From contig NC_092673.1 in assembly GCF_964355755.1 (NCBI RefSeq), positions 28,641,648 through 28,705,647 of the forward strand: DNA of 64,000 nucleotides. Direction: 5' to 3'. The notes under the pieces were generated by a model. It was not told the origin of the DNA. It did no database searches and saw only the letters and a list, made by a program, of their open reading frames with translations. Made by a program: the position numbers and the translations under genes. Positions 13,601-26,950 of this stretch are shown piece by piece (the first letter of the stretch is position 1; each line of letters begins with the position of its first letter). Source of the stretch: Antedon mediterranea. Taxonomy: Eukaryota; Animalia; Echinodermata.

Positions 13601-16600
13601 AATAGACAAAGTTTATATTTATTAAACGGGTACACTTGAATGTAATAATTAATTTGGAATTATTTCAATGCATTTGAATTTTTCCACCCTTCCGTTCTTA
13701 TCTACCTTTTCTATATTATATTAAATTATTAGTTTGCTCGGACAATTAAAGCTTTGCTTACAATAAGTGATTTTAAGATTTTAATTATTATTTTATTAAT
13801 AATTATTGATTATTTGGGGTTGGTATTTGACAAGTTCTTTTACTTCTTTTTCAGATTGTAAATGTATGCTAGAACTGTTTCTAAATAAATGTTGAATGAA
13901 TTATAAGATTTCACTGTTTTTATTTTAAGAAATAAATTTATTTTTGAATTAAATATATGAATATAGGCCTACACTGTATGTCTTTTAATTTGTTATTTCA
14001 GAGCATGAAGAAAACCCTGTGCCGATCTAGTCTTCATTATCATCTTGTAATGAGAACAAACCAAGTATAAACTTTTACAATATATATACTTATAAAACTA
14101 AATGCAATTTAAATTTAATTTCAGATAACTTTGTTTCCATGTCATTAACCTTTGACTTTACTCAATATTGATCCAATTAACAAATATTTATTATTGTAAT
14201 TGTAATTCTGAATTGTAGATTGAGTATTTTGTTAATGCATAACTTAGTACGTCAACTACATCTGCGTAAAGTGCATTTTAATGGAAGATGTTTATTTCCG
14301 CTGTTTGACTTCTACCTAATTTATTGCATTTCAACAATCGTTCAGGGATCGCACATTTAATCAATTAATATTGGCAGATTGTTAATAATCTATCGATTTG
14401 ACATATTGTTAATAATAATCTACAATATGGATATGACAGATTGCCAATTATCTATGTATTATGACAGGTTGTAAAATAGTAGAATATAGCCAACTATCCT
14501 TAACTTAACAGGACTTAATGGAAACTCTTTCTCTTTCCATAAAATTAGTTTTTATTGATATTCTAATGTTATAAGCTTCCATTACTAATTCATAGAGTCG
14601 ATATACTCAACTTTATTTCTAAGCCAATGTAAACAATGCTTCCATCATAAGAAGTCATGTCATGTCATACATTGTGGACAGGTATGGAAATCCTTACCTG
14701 CATAAGTATGCTTACTTAGAACATGTTTTGAGTACCTACCATGTCATACATTGTGGACAGGTATGGGAAGCTTCACCTGCATACATGCTCATTTAGAACA
14801 TTTTTAAGTACCTAACACGTCATACGTTATGGACAGGTATTGAAAGCCTCACCTGCATAAACATGCTTACTTTGTGAATAGGTAAAGGATAAACTAACCT
14901 GCATAAATGTGCTAATGTTGTCCCGATCCGATAGTATCTCGGCCAAATTTTTTGTTCCCAGTACGTTCCTGAGTGTGGTCTGGGCCAGAAGTCTAGTAGA
15001 ACCATTAGCGTTTTCGACGTTTGCAATTGAGATTGTGGCGTTCTGTACACGATAATAGACAACGGCATCCACAGACACTGTCACACTGTCTCGCGTCAAA
15101 ATCTTTTGTTAAATAAAAATGAAAAGTTAATAATAAATACGCACAAACATTTTTAACTTTCGTTTATTTTGTTTCTTCTGCAGTAAGAACATTTCTTTAC
15201 TGGGGAAAGCATTTCTCATTTCAGTGCAGGGAGGATCAAGGAAGGTAGAACTAAGGGCTCACACTCCCCTTTTGACAGACTGTTAATATTATCCGTTTAC
15301 AAAACCCTGGAACCCTGCAGTGTGAAGCTTGTTTGTTTGTAACACTAATTTACCGTACAGTACTAAAAGTACTTTACTGTAAATCATGTATTCATTTTTG
15401 TCAATATGTTCAAATGGTATTCTCATCATTCACTCTTATTTCTAATAATCGTGGTTTATTGCTGTAACAAAAGTAAGATTTGTCTTTGTGTACTGAATTG
15501 ACTCAGTACCGTGTTTTGTTATACAGTACAAGGTCATATGACAGTTTATTCAGGCTAGTTTTTTGAATTGAAGTACTATAATAGGCCTTTTATTCTAAAG
15601 AATGAAAAAAGTCAACTTTCTTTTTCACTTTCTGTTGGAATAAAGGCATAATGGTACCCTATTTTGTTCATGGATGATATGCATTATTAAAGAAATATGG
15701 ACGAAAAGGTATATGGTACCCTATTTTGTTCATGTTCGATGTATTATTAAAGAATTATTACAAAAATATTATAAGCAAAAGTGAGGAGTGTTTAATTTTG
15801 TTAATTTGAAAATGTAAACATGCTAAATGTGGTCTACAACTTAATTTAATAGCAACAACTTCAAATACAAACAAAAACAAGAGCCTGATCAGTTATATAT
15901 ACAGTAAATATCGGGTTTGAACTGTACCATTAAAGCCTGGTCTAATGGTTAGGACATCTGCATATCAAGCAGATGGTCCGGGTTCAAATCTTGGTTGGGG
16001 CACCTTTTTTTTATTCTCATCTTATCATTTCATATTAATTAATTAAATTTCAGTATACGACCGGGTGGTTTAGAATTAATGTTCTATATCTGATGTGTTT
16101 ATATAATATATATCCATATATATTGGTCTTTATTGCAAAATTCATCATATAATAATGTAACGTAGCCTGAAGCCTAATACCATAATATTTACATAATTAA
16201 TAGGGCATCAAAAAAACATCAAAATAAGAAACCATACCGCTATTATTATAATGGATTTCAATAAAAAATATGGGATATAGGTTGGGTAAATACATTTTGG
16301 AATAAAAGTTGAAATAAAAACATAATGAGCGTATTATTATCCAAAAGTGATAGCACCCTGTGCAATATTGCAGTATTCTAATTTGAATACGTTTGAGCCA
16401 TTCTCATCAACAATGTATTATAATTGGAACCAACGGCTCTAGAGAAAAGGTTAGGTCATTCATTATTTTAAGTGCTTTGTTTGTAGAAAAGTTATTGTTT
16501 TGTTTACTCTACCTAACAACCATTTAAATCACAACGTCGTTTTACATCAGACAATTAATTAAAGGGTGGGTGGGATGCCTTTGCGATGGATATAATGTGT

Positions 16601-19600
16601 TTGCAGTGTGACGACACAAGCCTAATGTAGCATTTTAAGCAGTCGGGCCTTGAGAGTTAATAGTTAACCCTAAAGCTCTGTCCACACTATCAAACTTGAC
16701 AATAAAATGTGATAGACATGATGTCATATCACTACCACATTTGGGTATATCACTACCATATTTGGGCACATCACACTTTTTTTGTCAAACTAGTTTGATA
16801 GTGTAGACAGAGCTTTAGACTAGATACAGTAATACTCATACAGTACAGTACATTATAGGGTGTAATCACTTATGGCGTAATCAGTATACGGCACTAATTA
16901 TAATTTGTAATTTGTATAGTGTCTTGTATCCAGATACGCTTCAATATACAATACTCTCCGATTCCACATAGTATTGAAATCTTCACAGATCACGTGTAAC
17001 GGAGGTGATCCCTACCCCTGACGTTGTCTACCCAAGGTGGTCCCTAATCCTCCTTGTCATCTACCTGACAATGTCCCTACTTTATTTCACTAAACATCAA
17101 TACTAATAATCTCCTTCATATACAGCAGTGAACTTCCTCTCTACCTTAAGCTCTGTCCACACTATCAAACTGTATGTGACAAAAATGTGATGTGCACATA
17201 TATGGATAATGTTACTAACTAGTTACTACAAAATAAGCAAATTTTACTAGTAATACTAGTAGGCCTACTGTAAAAAAACTAGGATTTTTGACAAAATTAG
17301 GCCTATATAAATATATAAAATATTTTAAAAAATTGTTTGATTGGCAAGAAACGTAATGTTAGTTATTTATAATATTAATTCTCAGTGAAATCTATAAAAA
17401 AGGTATCAAATTCACATGTTCTCAATGGGACCTCTAAAATCTAAAGACCCTCTCTTAAAATATCCCCTACAACCTAGTGCTCTAAAATGACTGTCTTCAT
17501 AATAATATTTAATAATAATAATAATGATAATAATCATATTATTATAAATAACTAAAATAATGCAAAATTTTTGCTGTGAAATCATAATGGCATATTAATA
17601 GGTCTCTTAGTATTCGATGCCATAAACATAAAGTCAATTTCTAATTATCTTTGAAAACACAAATTTAACTTCCAAATGCATCTTCTGTTATTACAATATA
17701 ATGCATATAATATAAGCTAGTGTTTTTATAATCATTATAGGAAGCGGTTTTACATAAATATTTCAACGTTGCTCCAATTGTAGTTCAATTAAATTTAAAT
17801 ATTTATAAATTTAAATGAGATTTTCTTTTAAATTATATACAAAATTGTATTTTTTCTTCTTGTGTGTTAAGCTATCACACTATTAATTTCTGACAATCGT
17901 ATTATCAGGATATTTCATAAATTAAATCTACTTTTCCTTTGAACTTATTTTAAAATAGGAATTATAATAATACTATTAACTGTAAATGATGGATGAATAT
18001 TTTTGATCAAATTAATAGCATCTTATTGCAAGGATTTTGACCAAATGTTAATATTTTACAGTTCATTTTTGGACTAAAAAATTGTTAAATGTTTTTTTTG
18101 GTGATTCTGTATGTACAATACAATACAAAGATAAAATACAAAATTTATCACTTTTTTTTCAAAACAAATAAATCTAAATTTAACGGATCACAGCTAAGAA
18201 ATCAATTTAACTTTAAGTAAAAATAATGAATTTATAAGTTAAACAAATTTGAGTATCTCTGAGATGTATTTATATTACACAGCCTACCATGACAATGCTG
18301 TGTGTATTTATGTTGTAAGACGCACAATATCTGCTGTGTTAAGATACTAACGCCCGTATTCTTAAACCGGACTTTAGTCGTAGTTCGAAGTTCGACTTGA
18401 AAAAGTCGTAGTTCGAGCTATTACTTCAAATTCGATTAAAAAACGAAGTAGTCGAAGTTTGCAGTTCGACTTAATGAAGTCGAGCTTTTAGTCGAGTTGC
18501 ACACGTCTGGGTAACAAAGGCTATACATTGGCCAATGACGAGGGAGTATTTGAGGAGCAGACGAAATTTTGCGCATTAATATCACTTTCCATTTCTTACA
18601 ACACTTTTTACGCATCAGGACTATATACATGAAAAATAATTTTAAATCGTATATTTGATTAACAACAAATAAAATCTTCAAAATATATTTAGGAACCATG
18701 GCGGTACGGTAACTTTTATATTTTCTAGGCCCCCAACAAAGTATGATCGCCACGAACCACGCACTTCATAGCGTGACAAGAAAGCGCTAGGCCCCCTAAA
18801 CATTCCATCGCGTGGTGAATTGCCGCATCTCCCATTGTCGCTATGGCGTGACGTAGCTCAAGTCGGACTTGCGCGAAGAAAATAATGTAATTTGTATACA
18901 GTTGTAAATAAAGATGATTTTCATTATTATAACTTATACCAATGTATATTTAATTAAGCTAATATAAATATAGATATTTCATTCTTCAATATCTGGCCAA
19001 TATAACAACTCAATGACTGTTACGTTTTTTATAAACATCGTTTAAAAACCATTTAGTCGACCATTTAGCCTGCCCCCTCCAGGACTAAAAAAATCGATCA
19101 AAATCCGTCTCGATTTAGTCGAGGTTGGCCTGATTTAGTCGGTGATTTAGTTGAAGTTCGGTTTATGAATTAAAATGACGTCATTTTTTTAGTTTTAGCT
19201 CGAACTACGACTAAAGTCCGGTTTAAGAATACGGGCGTAAGATTAAATTTAATAATTTAACCCGAGTGTGTTCTTCTTTGCTATAAATTTTACATCAACG
19301 ATTATGATGAATGCTTCGTTTGGCGACACCGCCGCTGCCACGTGCTAACATAGTCTGTTTTATTCATCTTGATTAGTCTTGTCTGTTTAAATCAAGTCTA
19401 CAATTTTATTCATAGTTTATCATTCAAAAAGGCGTTGGACCTTAATAATTATGGAAATAATTTGAACCAACCCAAATATTTTGCAATTTCTTCAATAGAG
19501 GAGATGATACAAGAAACAAGAAACTTTATTTGTCTTCGTAAAAAACAAAGAAATGTCGGTTGTCAGCAAATCCGATTAAAAAATACATAGAAACGGATTT

Positions 19601-22600
19601 AAAATGACAAAAAATGTAACTAGAAGAAAAAAAAATGATGAATAAAAGATGACTAGCAACGCTATCATCTCAGCAAAATTTCAGAAATATGATTAAAATT
19701 AAATATATTACACAATTGTTATAGTTAATTTAAATTTTTGTCATCTGGTAGTTGGTATTAATTTAATGTAAATCTTAACTATTATCGACTGGCATATTGT
19801 GTATAAAAATCATCATTATTGTTAATAACAATTATTAATTTTATCTGGAATTTAGTAGCTTCAATTTATTGATACGGATTGATGTGGAAAAAGTAAAACC
19901 AAAAAGATTAAAACAAAATTGTTTAATTTTAAAAATTAACATTAAGCAATATTTTTCAATTCAATTTTCAATCAATACAAAAAACCAACTTTACATAACG
20001 ATCTATATAAATTACAGTAATGCTAAAGAGAATGTGATTTTGTAAACCTATTTGATTATTATCTCAATTTGATCTTGGCAACGATATGTCTGATTTTCTA
20101 ATGAGGCCCCATCACACAAGAGTCATCTTATAGACTGCATATCATTAAAGCAGTAGGCACAGCTGTCACAGGCAGATTAACAGGGTACCCTGCATGCAGA
20201 TCATCTTTCTTCAAATGCCTCTTAAAAACGTGAATGATTCCACGAAACGGTTTGGAAAATAAATCTTAATGAAGAGGAGTGTTTTTTTTAAGAGTGTCTT
20301 AACTGCCTGAATGCAAATGGTACACGAATACTACGTGGTGTGTTGAGCTTGTTTTGCTTTAAACACTCAATTTAAAAAGCGTTTTGGGCTAAACATAAAT
20401 ACTGAAATCCTTTATAATATTATGGTACTAGTACTATGCAAGATGAATTATGAATTAAAAAAAAAAAATAATTGATATTTTATTTATTTATTTATTATTA
20501 TTATTATTTATCCAACAGTGAGAAAATCGCCAATTAAAAGATGGATACACTCTATACATGGCCTCATGTGTAGACTTCAATTGAAAATGTTTTAGTCTCA
20601 ACAATAATAGATAATGTCTTATACTGTATTTAAAGTCAATGCTCTCCATGTGGAATAGAATCCTGAGATTAGAGTGCATCTTATTGTATTTAGTCTGTAC
20701 AGTTTAGTTTTGTTAATTTATACATAACATTAACATCAATTTCTACGGACCAAAATAAAAGATTGAATAAATGAAAAAATAAATAAAACAATCGTAAACG
20801 ATTTTACTGATGATGTTTAGAATGTTTGATGTTTACTTCTATCTAGACCAATCATTCATTCACTTTATGATGATGACATCACTTTATGATTATGACACCC
20901 TTTCATGCATACAAATAGAACAATAATGCCTTTACAGTCAAAGAGAGATTCAACGATCTCTAAATTTGAATGAAACCAATTAAAAACATGTTGAACTAAT
21001 ACTGTGCCTAGAAAACTAATACTAGCCTTTAATTGGAATGGATTACAAATGATGTTTAAATTGAACCAGGCATAGTTTTCATAAATTAAATTATTTATTC
21101 GCTACACCTTTTATTGGTGGTACTCAAAAACATGAACAAACTAGAAAGGCACTCCGAGAGTACATACCTTCGCCTACTTTAAAATTCTCCTACATAAGAT
21201 TTCTCCGGTAAAAAAAATGTATATTTGTGTGTGTCTTAATGCTGTTTGTGATTTAGGCTAATTTCACTACAAGCATGTGTATGCGAGTTTGGTTGAATGG
21301 TTATGAAACAAGACTTTCAATTAACAATAGCTTCAGTTGACTAACAATAGAACAGCAACGCGAAAATCAAACGAGTGAATTTGAAAAGAAATAGGGTTTT
21401 TAAACTACTCGCATAAAAGAATCTGCACATTAAATAACTCTTACCTCTTGTACAAAAATGAAGTTTTTTGGACAAGTAGTTCTCGAGAAAATGCAATTTC
21501 AGTTTACTTGTTACTTTAGGACTGCTCGCCGGCTTTTGAAAAATCCTGTCTTATCTTTTAACACTAGTAGTAGCAGGTCTGAAAAGTATACTAAAAAGTA
21601 GTCCAGAATTGGGACCATGGTCCCAAAATTTAATGGAATGGTCCTTAACCACATATCTATATGTATATTCATTTTGGTAAAGATCTTGTAATTACTTTTT
21701 GAGTAATACTGCTAACAAACAAACAAACACACGCTACCGATTACATACCTCCTTTGCGGAGGTAAATAAAAATGAAATAAATGTAACTAATACAAACACA
21801 ACGTATACTGTAATGAATAGTTCAGACTACTATACTTATGAATACCAAAATTACCAAAAAAATTATTTCAACCTTTAAGCTCTGTCTACACTATCAAATA
21901 GTTTGACAAAAAAGTGTGATGTGCCCAAATATGGTAGTGATACAGTATATGACATCATCATGTCAATGTGGGCACATCATATGTTGTTGTCACATAACAT
22001 TTGATATTGTAGACATACTGTAGTTTAAGCTACTCCCGTCACAATACAGCTAAGCCATAAAACATTATGCCAATTGGAAATGTGATAAATATGATTGATA
22101 ACTCCATAATAGACATCCATATTCAATCATTCAATTAACTTATTTACTCAATGTAGACTTAATTAACTTTTGTATAAATCAACAACATACAGTTCATAAC
22201 CGTATCATGTGGTTACTAATTTATTAATTAAATAAATCATTGTGTGAAAATGGAATGAAGTAAGTACGCTGTACCTTCAAACATTAAAAACCAATTAATT
22301 TCAAACATAAATTGGATAGTTTAAATAAATCAATCACATTGTATGTATCTAGTTCAAATCACTTTATATTAATGGAATCTTTAATTAAAGGGGTCACCAA
22401 TTAAGGATCCTTCTAATTAAATATCTGGTAGATTAGGGACCATGTCGATTAGGGACCATGTCGATTAGGGACCATGTCGATTAGGGACCGTGTCATTGTC
22501 AATTAAGATACTTCTAATCTAATCATGAATTCCATCCAAAAAATCTCCAATTAATGAAACTTTTAAAAATACCACTTTAACATTGTCTGAACAAAATGCT

Positions 22601-25600
22601 GAAGTTTGGACATTTATAACAACGTTCTCCTCCAGTTAAAGACCAGATACCTATAGAGATCTGAAATAGGAGGAGATAGAGGAGGGGGAGTAGGAGGAAG
22701 CGGCCCAATATAAATAACTTACTTCTTGGGGAGGAACATCAAATGATACAGTTCTCAGATCCACTTTGGTGTAATCCTCAATGCATGGTAGGATGAAGAA
22801 GATACCTCAAAATTAAAATAATAATATAGATATAAATTATTTTATTTAAAAAAAAAAAAAAAAAAAGCGGTTAAATTGAGGATGACAAAATACCAATATA
22901 AAAACAAATCAATGAAAATACAGTATTTACTGTAATGTATAATGTAATGCATATAATGTTATTGTTATATTAGAATAAAACAAATAATGTTTTTATATTC
23001 GTGCAATGGTACAAATAGTTTGGTGAAATATGAAATTATTTATATTTTACATCGTACTCATAAACATTCATTATTTTTACATACAAGTATAAAATATGAT
23101 TTTTATCACCATTGTATGCAAAATGCATGTATAGTGTTGTAACTTGTATCTGTTGTACTAAGTGGTTTATTTCAGAGACAACGTATAATGACTCAGGTTT
23201 TTTATACTGATAGGATTGATTGATCACACAAAATAAAACGAATAAAATAAAATATTCCGAAAAATTTATCTTCTGACAGAACTTTTATCACCGATAGCAG
23301 CATTCTAAAAGCTTACTATGGTTAATAATATGACTTGAGGATCGTTTGTATAACTACCATCATAAATATCATAAGATGTTCGAAGTGACCCTTTAGGCTT
23401 CTAAAACTCGCTGCTTTGCGGATATTAATACAATGTTAAAATCAACATGAATTTAATGAGTTCAAAATCTTTTTTCATAAATAATTCTTGACAAATTCTA
23501 TTTGAGATCATCAATGGAATATAACTATAATAACAATGTTAGTTCCTTTATTTGTGAAATAATAATTCTTAATCAAATTTTTGTTGAATAGTCCATTTTA
23601 ATGTAACATAATGGTTATCCACTTTGACCAAAAATTGGATCGAGAAAAAAAAATGTATTTACCTGAAAAAATGTAATTTAAAGCAAAAAATGGTCAAATT
23701 GGCTGCCAGCCATGGATTTTTGGTTGAATTTAACCATTTATTTTGTCATTATATAGTGAAAACATTATTTTTTTTTCGTTTTTTTTTTCTATGGAAGTGA
23801 TTAACTTTTATTAAAACTACAAAATAACATATTCAAACTCTGATATAATTAATCTTCATTTCATGTTTTTGGGGGACAATACATCTTTAACAAATAGTGA
23901 GAAACAAATTTTATTTCTTCCACACATTTTGAGAAAACCCTCCAGTAAACTAAACCAATTAAAAGGATTTAAATCCAACTTTAAAATGCGTACAATTTAT
24001 TTGATCCACTTTCGCGCTACAGTTAACATTTAAAGTGTTAAAAAATGTACTTCCTACGACATTAATGACATTCAATTTGATGCTGATCGCTTCAAGCGGC
24101 CATAACCTAAAATATATATTTAAATTTAATTTTCTCAATTCATTTGTATGCTTGATCCGACACAATCTCGCAAATCATTATGCCGTTGGGGAAAATCGGA
24201 TTTTGCTGAAAATGATTTATCAACCATTTGTAGCCGAGAATTACCATATGGACAATTTTAATAAATTTAGCAATGAGACGAAAGCAGCTTTTAAACTTTT
24301 GATAGCATACGACGGCGGCAATATGCGTTAGATAATTATATCCCATGTGAAATGAACATCAAACTACACGTTTACTACTCCACGGCGACGTTATCATTAA
24401 AAATGTAACATTACAAATGTTTTAACCATAAAAATCTCAATCAATTTAAAACTAGATTCATTGTCTGTTATTGTAATTTAAACCATTTTACCATGAAAAG
24501 TTCTCATTAAATATTCATCATCATCATAACACTTCGTTTGTAATTTGCCATTTCCTCATACTAAGCGTTATCCATCATTGTTGTACTTTATTATTTATAA
24601 GCAAGCTTACTAAACATAATGTGTGTGTACAGTATACCTAAGTAATTAGAAATAAAGGAAAAGAAAGTTGAGAATGTGGATAAGGACTGCAGAATAAGTC
24701 TTCTCAAATAAGGACTGTAGAACAAGTCTTCTCAAATAAGGACTGTAGAACAAGTCTTCTCAGATAAGGACTGTAGAACAAGTCTTCTCGGATAAGGACT
24801 GTAGAACAAGTCTTCTCGGATAAGGACTGTAGAACAAGTCTTCTCGGATAAGGACTGTAGAACAAGTCTTCTCGGATAAGGACTGTAGAACAAGTCTTCT
24901 CGGATAAGGACTGTAGAACAAGTCTTCTCGGATAAGGACTATAAACCGTAGGTCCATGTACACTTTTAGCTCATGTGCACTACTACATCTTTCGAGACGA
25001 TGAAGGGGTTACACTGGTGTGCTAGTACATCAGACAGCCACTGATCATAACTGGGCCCTTTGGGAGAGGTTGCCCATATAAATAAATAACAAATTTTGAT
25101 TATTACATACTACAAATGTCTTCGTGAGTAATACTCTAGGCAAGCAAAGTAGTTGTAGCGATCAAATAGACTATCAGGGTGTTAAATCTAAGTCTATTTT
25201 ACTCCTCCCTATACAATAGTATACGAATAATATATGTTTATGAGTTGAATAGTGAAAATAACTGCTCTATTTTTAACAAGGTGGAGCTGAGTTGAAAACA
25301 GTCGTTTTTTCATGTGTTATGAATTAAAACATGGAATATCTTTATCCTAAAATATGCAAATTTTATTTATGGAAATAAGAGGGATGAATTAAAAGCAGCC
25401 ATGTTATTATTTTTACACACACATAACTGAAATGTGTTTATTAATGGTAAACCTTAACTACATATGAATAACTTGAATGTAAAAGCATGTATTATGTAAT
25501 ACTTACCAGGCCCTTTGGCGCCCCCTGGGAGAAGACGACCAAGTCGAAATATGACAGCACGTTCATACTCTTGCACAACCTATACAAAAAAATAAATAAA

Positions 25601-26436
25601 AATTGTTCACTCACAATATGAGAGTATTTGTTACATTGTACAAGCAATAAAGGCATTTAAAAATGCTCATTCTTTCATTGTACAGTATTGTTATATCTAT
25701 ATTTTATATTTTGCTAAATATAAAAAATACATGCGACATCCCATAATTTGTTTTTATGTTTTGTATTAATTTAAAATGAAGTACAAGTATTAGTCAAAAA
25801 TAAATCATTAGAAAACCTAATTATAAACTCAATTTTGAAAAGAAATTAAATAAATGAGATTAAAATGTATTTGCTTGACACCAATGGAACTGCAATTTAT
25901 AGTATTAGTAAACTCGCAAGTCTGAAATCCTAGCATTTCTGACTTACAGTATTATATTGTTTTGTACAATATATTAATAACGTAAGCTTTGTATTTAAAC
26001 ATATTTTTGATTGATTGAATGCCAAATTGTGAAATATTGATCTTGTATCTACTAAAACATCACCTAATAAATTATCTTGAAATTTCAATAGAGTATCACT
26101 ATCAATAAATAAATATTTTGAAAGATCATACTTTCCAAGATATTAATTATAGTTACTAAATAATAATATAATAACCAAATACAATTCTAACATATCTAAC
26201 ACAAATTCTATACTATCTATATTAATTTTCAACAAATTACCCAGTGGAAAATTTCAACAAACTGATCTGGAAATTCATTTAAAACAAAACTTTAAATTTA
26301 TTCCAATCTCGATGTTAAAATTATCTTACCTTGATACAAACACAGAGTGAGAATGGTAGGGTACAGATGACCATCAGCCAGGCCAGAGCGGTCAAAATCC
26401 AGCCACAGATTCCAACACCTCCTTCAGGGGTGCCAG
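7665..26436 (-). CDS. STOM: Stomatin (band 7/SPFH) constant coding exons: 26436-26330, 25579-25507, 22805-22723, 15102-14899, 11076-11021, 9622-9544, 9065-8896, 7683-7665
   Basis: All exons are GT-AG and phase-compatible. The spliced protein is (A)[106 protein letters not shown]...[137 protein letters not shown]. It has the hydrophobic hairpin with conserved Cys and Pro, the SPFH domain, the coiled coil and the oligomerisation motif. It could be co-orthologous to STOM/STOML3/mec-2. Confidence 0.95.
8489..8840. repeat. Minisatellite, about 50-bp unit x about 7
   Basis: Unit CCAGCTGTCCTGGATGTGTTCCTAGACACTCTTAGGCTAGCCTAAAATAT; two units carry an extra ACATGTACCTAG; it ends about 55 bp from the stomatin donor at 8895. 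Confidence 0.95.
10009..10215. repeat. Degenerate tandem repeat, about 72 bp x 3
   Basis: GAGATACCTG..AAC.TA.CCTTAAGG.TTCAACAATT..AGCTA..AAGAC recurs three times. Confidence 0.85.
12557..13008. mobile_element. Non-autonomous DNA transposon, Kolobok-like (TTAA target, AG...CT ends); related copies at about 23560-23886, 52171-52494 and a fragment at about 44630-44745
   Basis: TTAA|AGATATTGTCC...GGGGACAATACATCT|TTAA; the copies share an internal body (GGAAGTGATTAAC, CCACTTTGACC, TTAAAACTACAAA). Confidence 0.75.
14660..14915 (-). repeat. About 78-bp tandem repeat containing copies of the stomatin exon end and donor
   Basis: ATGCAG|gt recurs at 14899 (true donor), 14853, 14777 and 14698. Confidence 0.85.
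15910..16050 (+). repeat. Dispersed repeat carrying a tRNA-like module (copy 2)
   Basis: TGGTCTAATGGTTAGGAC ATCTGC-ATATCAA-GCAGAT GGTCCGGGTTCAAATCTTGGTTGGGGCA then a T-run; the 5' acceptor strand is partly deleted. Confidence 0.7.
16674..16814. mobile_element. Palindromic MITE family A (about 140-160 bp, PIF/Harbinger Tourist-like), representative copy; about 24 copies or fragments in the window
   Basis: TIR AGCTCTGTCTACACTATCAAACT...AGTTTGATAGTGTAGACAGAGCT, TWA flanks, internal ATATGGTAGTGATATG repeats. Copies at about 6370, 9385, 9690, 10315, 11215, 11622, 11897, 16674, 17149, 21878, 30836, 35999, 36902, 37245, 38496, 39015, 40935, 42567, 43078, 43728, 44817, 58882, 62462, 63493. Confidence 0.9.
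18351..19237. mobile_element. Young non-autonomous PIF/Harbinger-like element, 887 bp
   Basis: Perfect TIR of about 38 bp (CGCCCGTATTCTTAAACCGGACTTTAGTCGTAGTTCGA), exact TAA target duplication, subterminal TTTAGTCG/GTTCGA repeats, CpG-rich relative to the flanks; no transposase ORF. Confidence 0.9.
21138..21769 (-). mobile_element. Helentron-associated non-autonomous element (HINE/DINE-1-like)
   Basis: The minus strand reads TTATTTACCTCCGCAAAGGAGGTATG (5' subTIR + inverted repeat), (GTTT)n microsatellite, then GGCGAAGGTAT (3' subTIR), GTACTCTCGGAGTGC stem-loop and CTAGTT end. Confidence 0.8.
22431..22494. repeat. 16-bp tandem repeat x 4
   Basis: GATTAGGGACCATGTC x4. Confidence 0.95.
24678..24940. 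repeat. 28-bp minisatellite x about 9.4, fused to a SINE-like body (24940-25065)
   Basis: Unit GGATAAGGACTGTAGAACAAGTCTTCTC; the last unit runs into GATAAGGACTATAAACCGTAGGTCC...; the downstream body is related (inverted) to 4180-4265 and to fragments at about 40190-40295 and 43575-43690. Confidence 0.9.
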
Positions 26437-26883
26437 CTGTCAAAAAAAAAAAAGATTTTTTTTTTATTTTGAAAGTTAGTTACCATTATTAAAACCTTTT
26501 GAAATTCGCATGTTGCAATACACGCATGAGAGACACGCCCTCTAAAAAAAGGGGAACGCATAAAATGTTAAGCATAAAACGGTTTAAATCAATTTCTGTA
26601 TTTTTTAAATATCGTCATTGTAAACAACAGTACAGAGTAACACTATATTGTGTTGACCTTTTTTCTGATTGATAATCGCATAACTCCTGAAATTTGATAC
26701 CATAGAAAAAGCTTCCTACAAATAACTATGAAAAGAATGAATCAAGGTCAGTTGACAGACACATGACAACAACAATAACATTGAATTGCTTCCCTTCAAT
26801 AAACCCAATATTCCTGCATTGAAAGTGCAGTCACCTATCGCTAAACTATTTTTAATGGTTGGATAGGATATACCAGCTTATAC

Positions 26884-26950
26884 CTCCAATAATGCCTGTT
26901 GCGTCGGCATGCATGCTGCCTCGTTTTTGGTCAAAATCTTTATCCGCCAT
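26884..26950 (-). CDS. STOM: Stomatin alternative first coding exon A (MADKDFDQKRGSMHADATGIIG-)
   Basis: ATG in aaaATGG context, 67 nt, phase 1, donor GAG|gtataa; joins exon 26436 in frame (285-aa product). Strong TATATAAAAG on the minus strand at 27168-27159. Confidence 0.85.

Noticed and set aside
22431-22494. Interstitial telomeric sequence
   Set aside because: TTAGGG occurs only once per 16-bp unit; it is not a (TTAGGG)n tract.
24678-24940. CRISPR-like 28-bp direct repeats
   Set aside because: The repeats are contiguous with no unique spacers, there are no cas genes, and the context is a eukaryotic intron.
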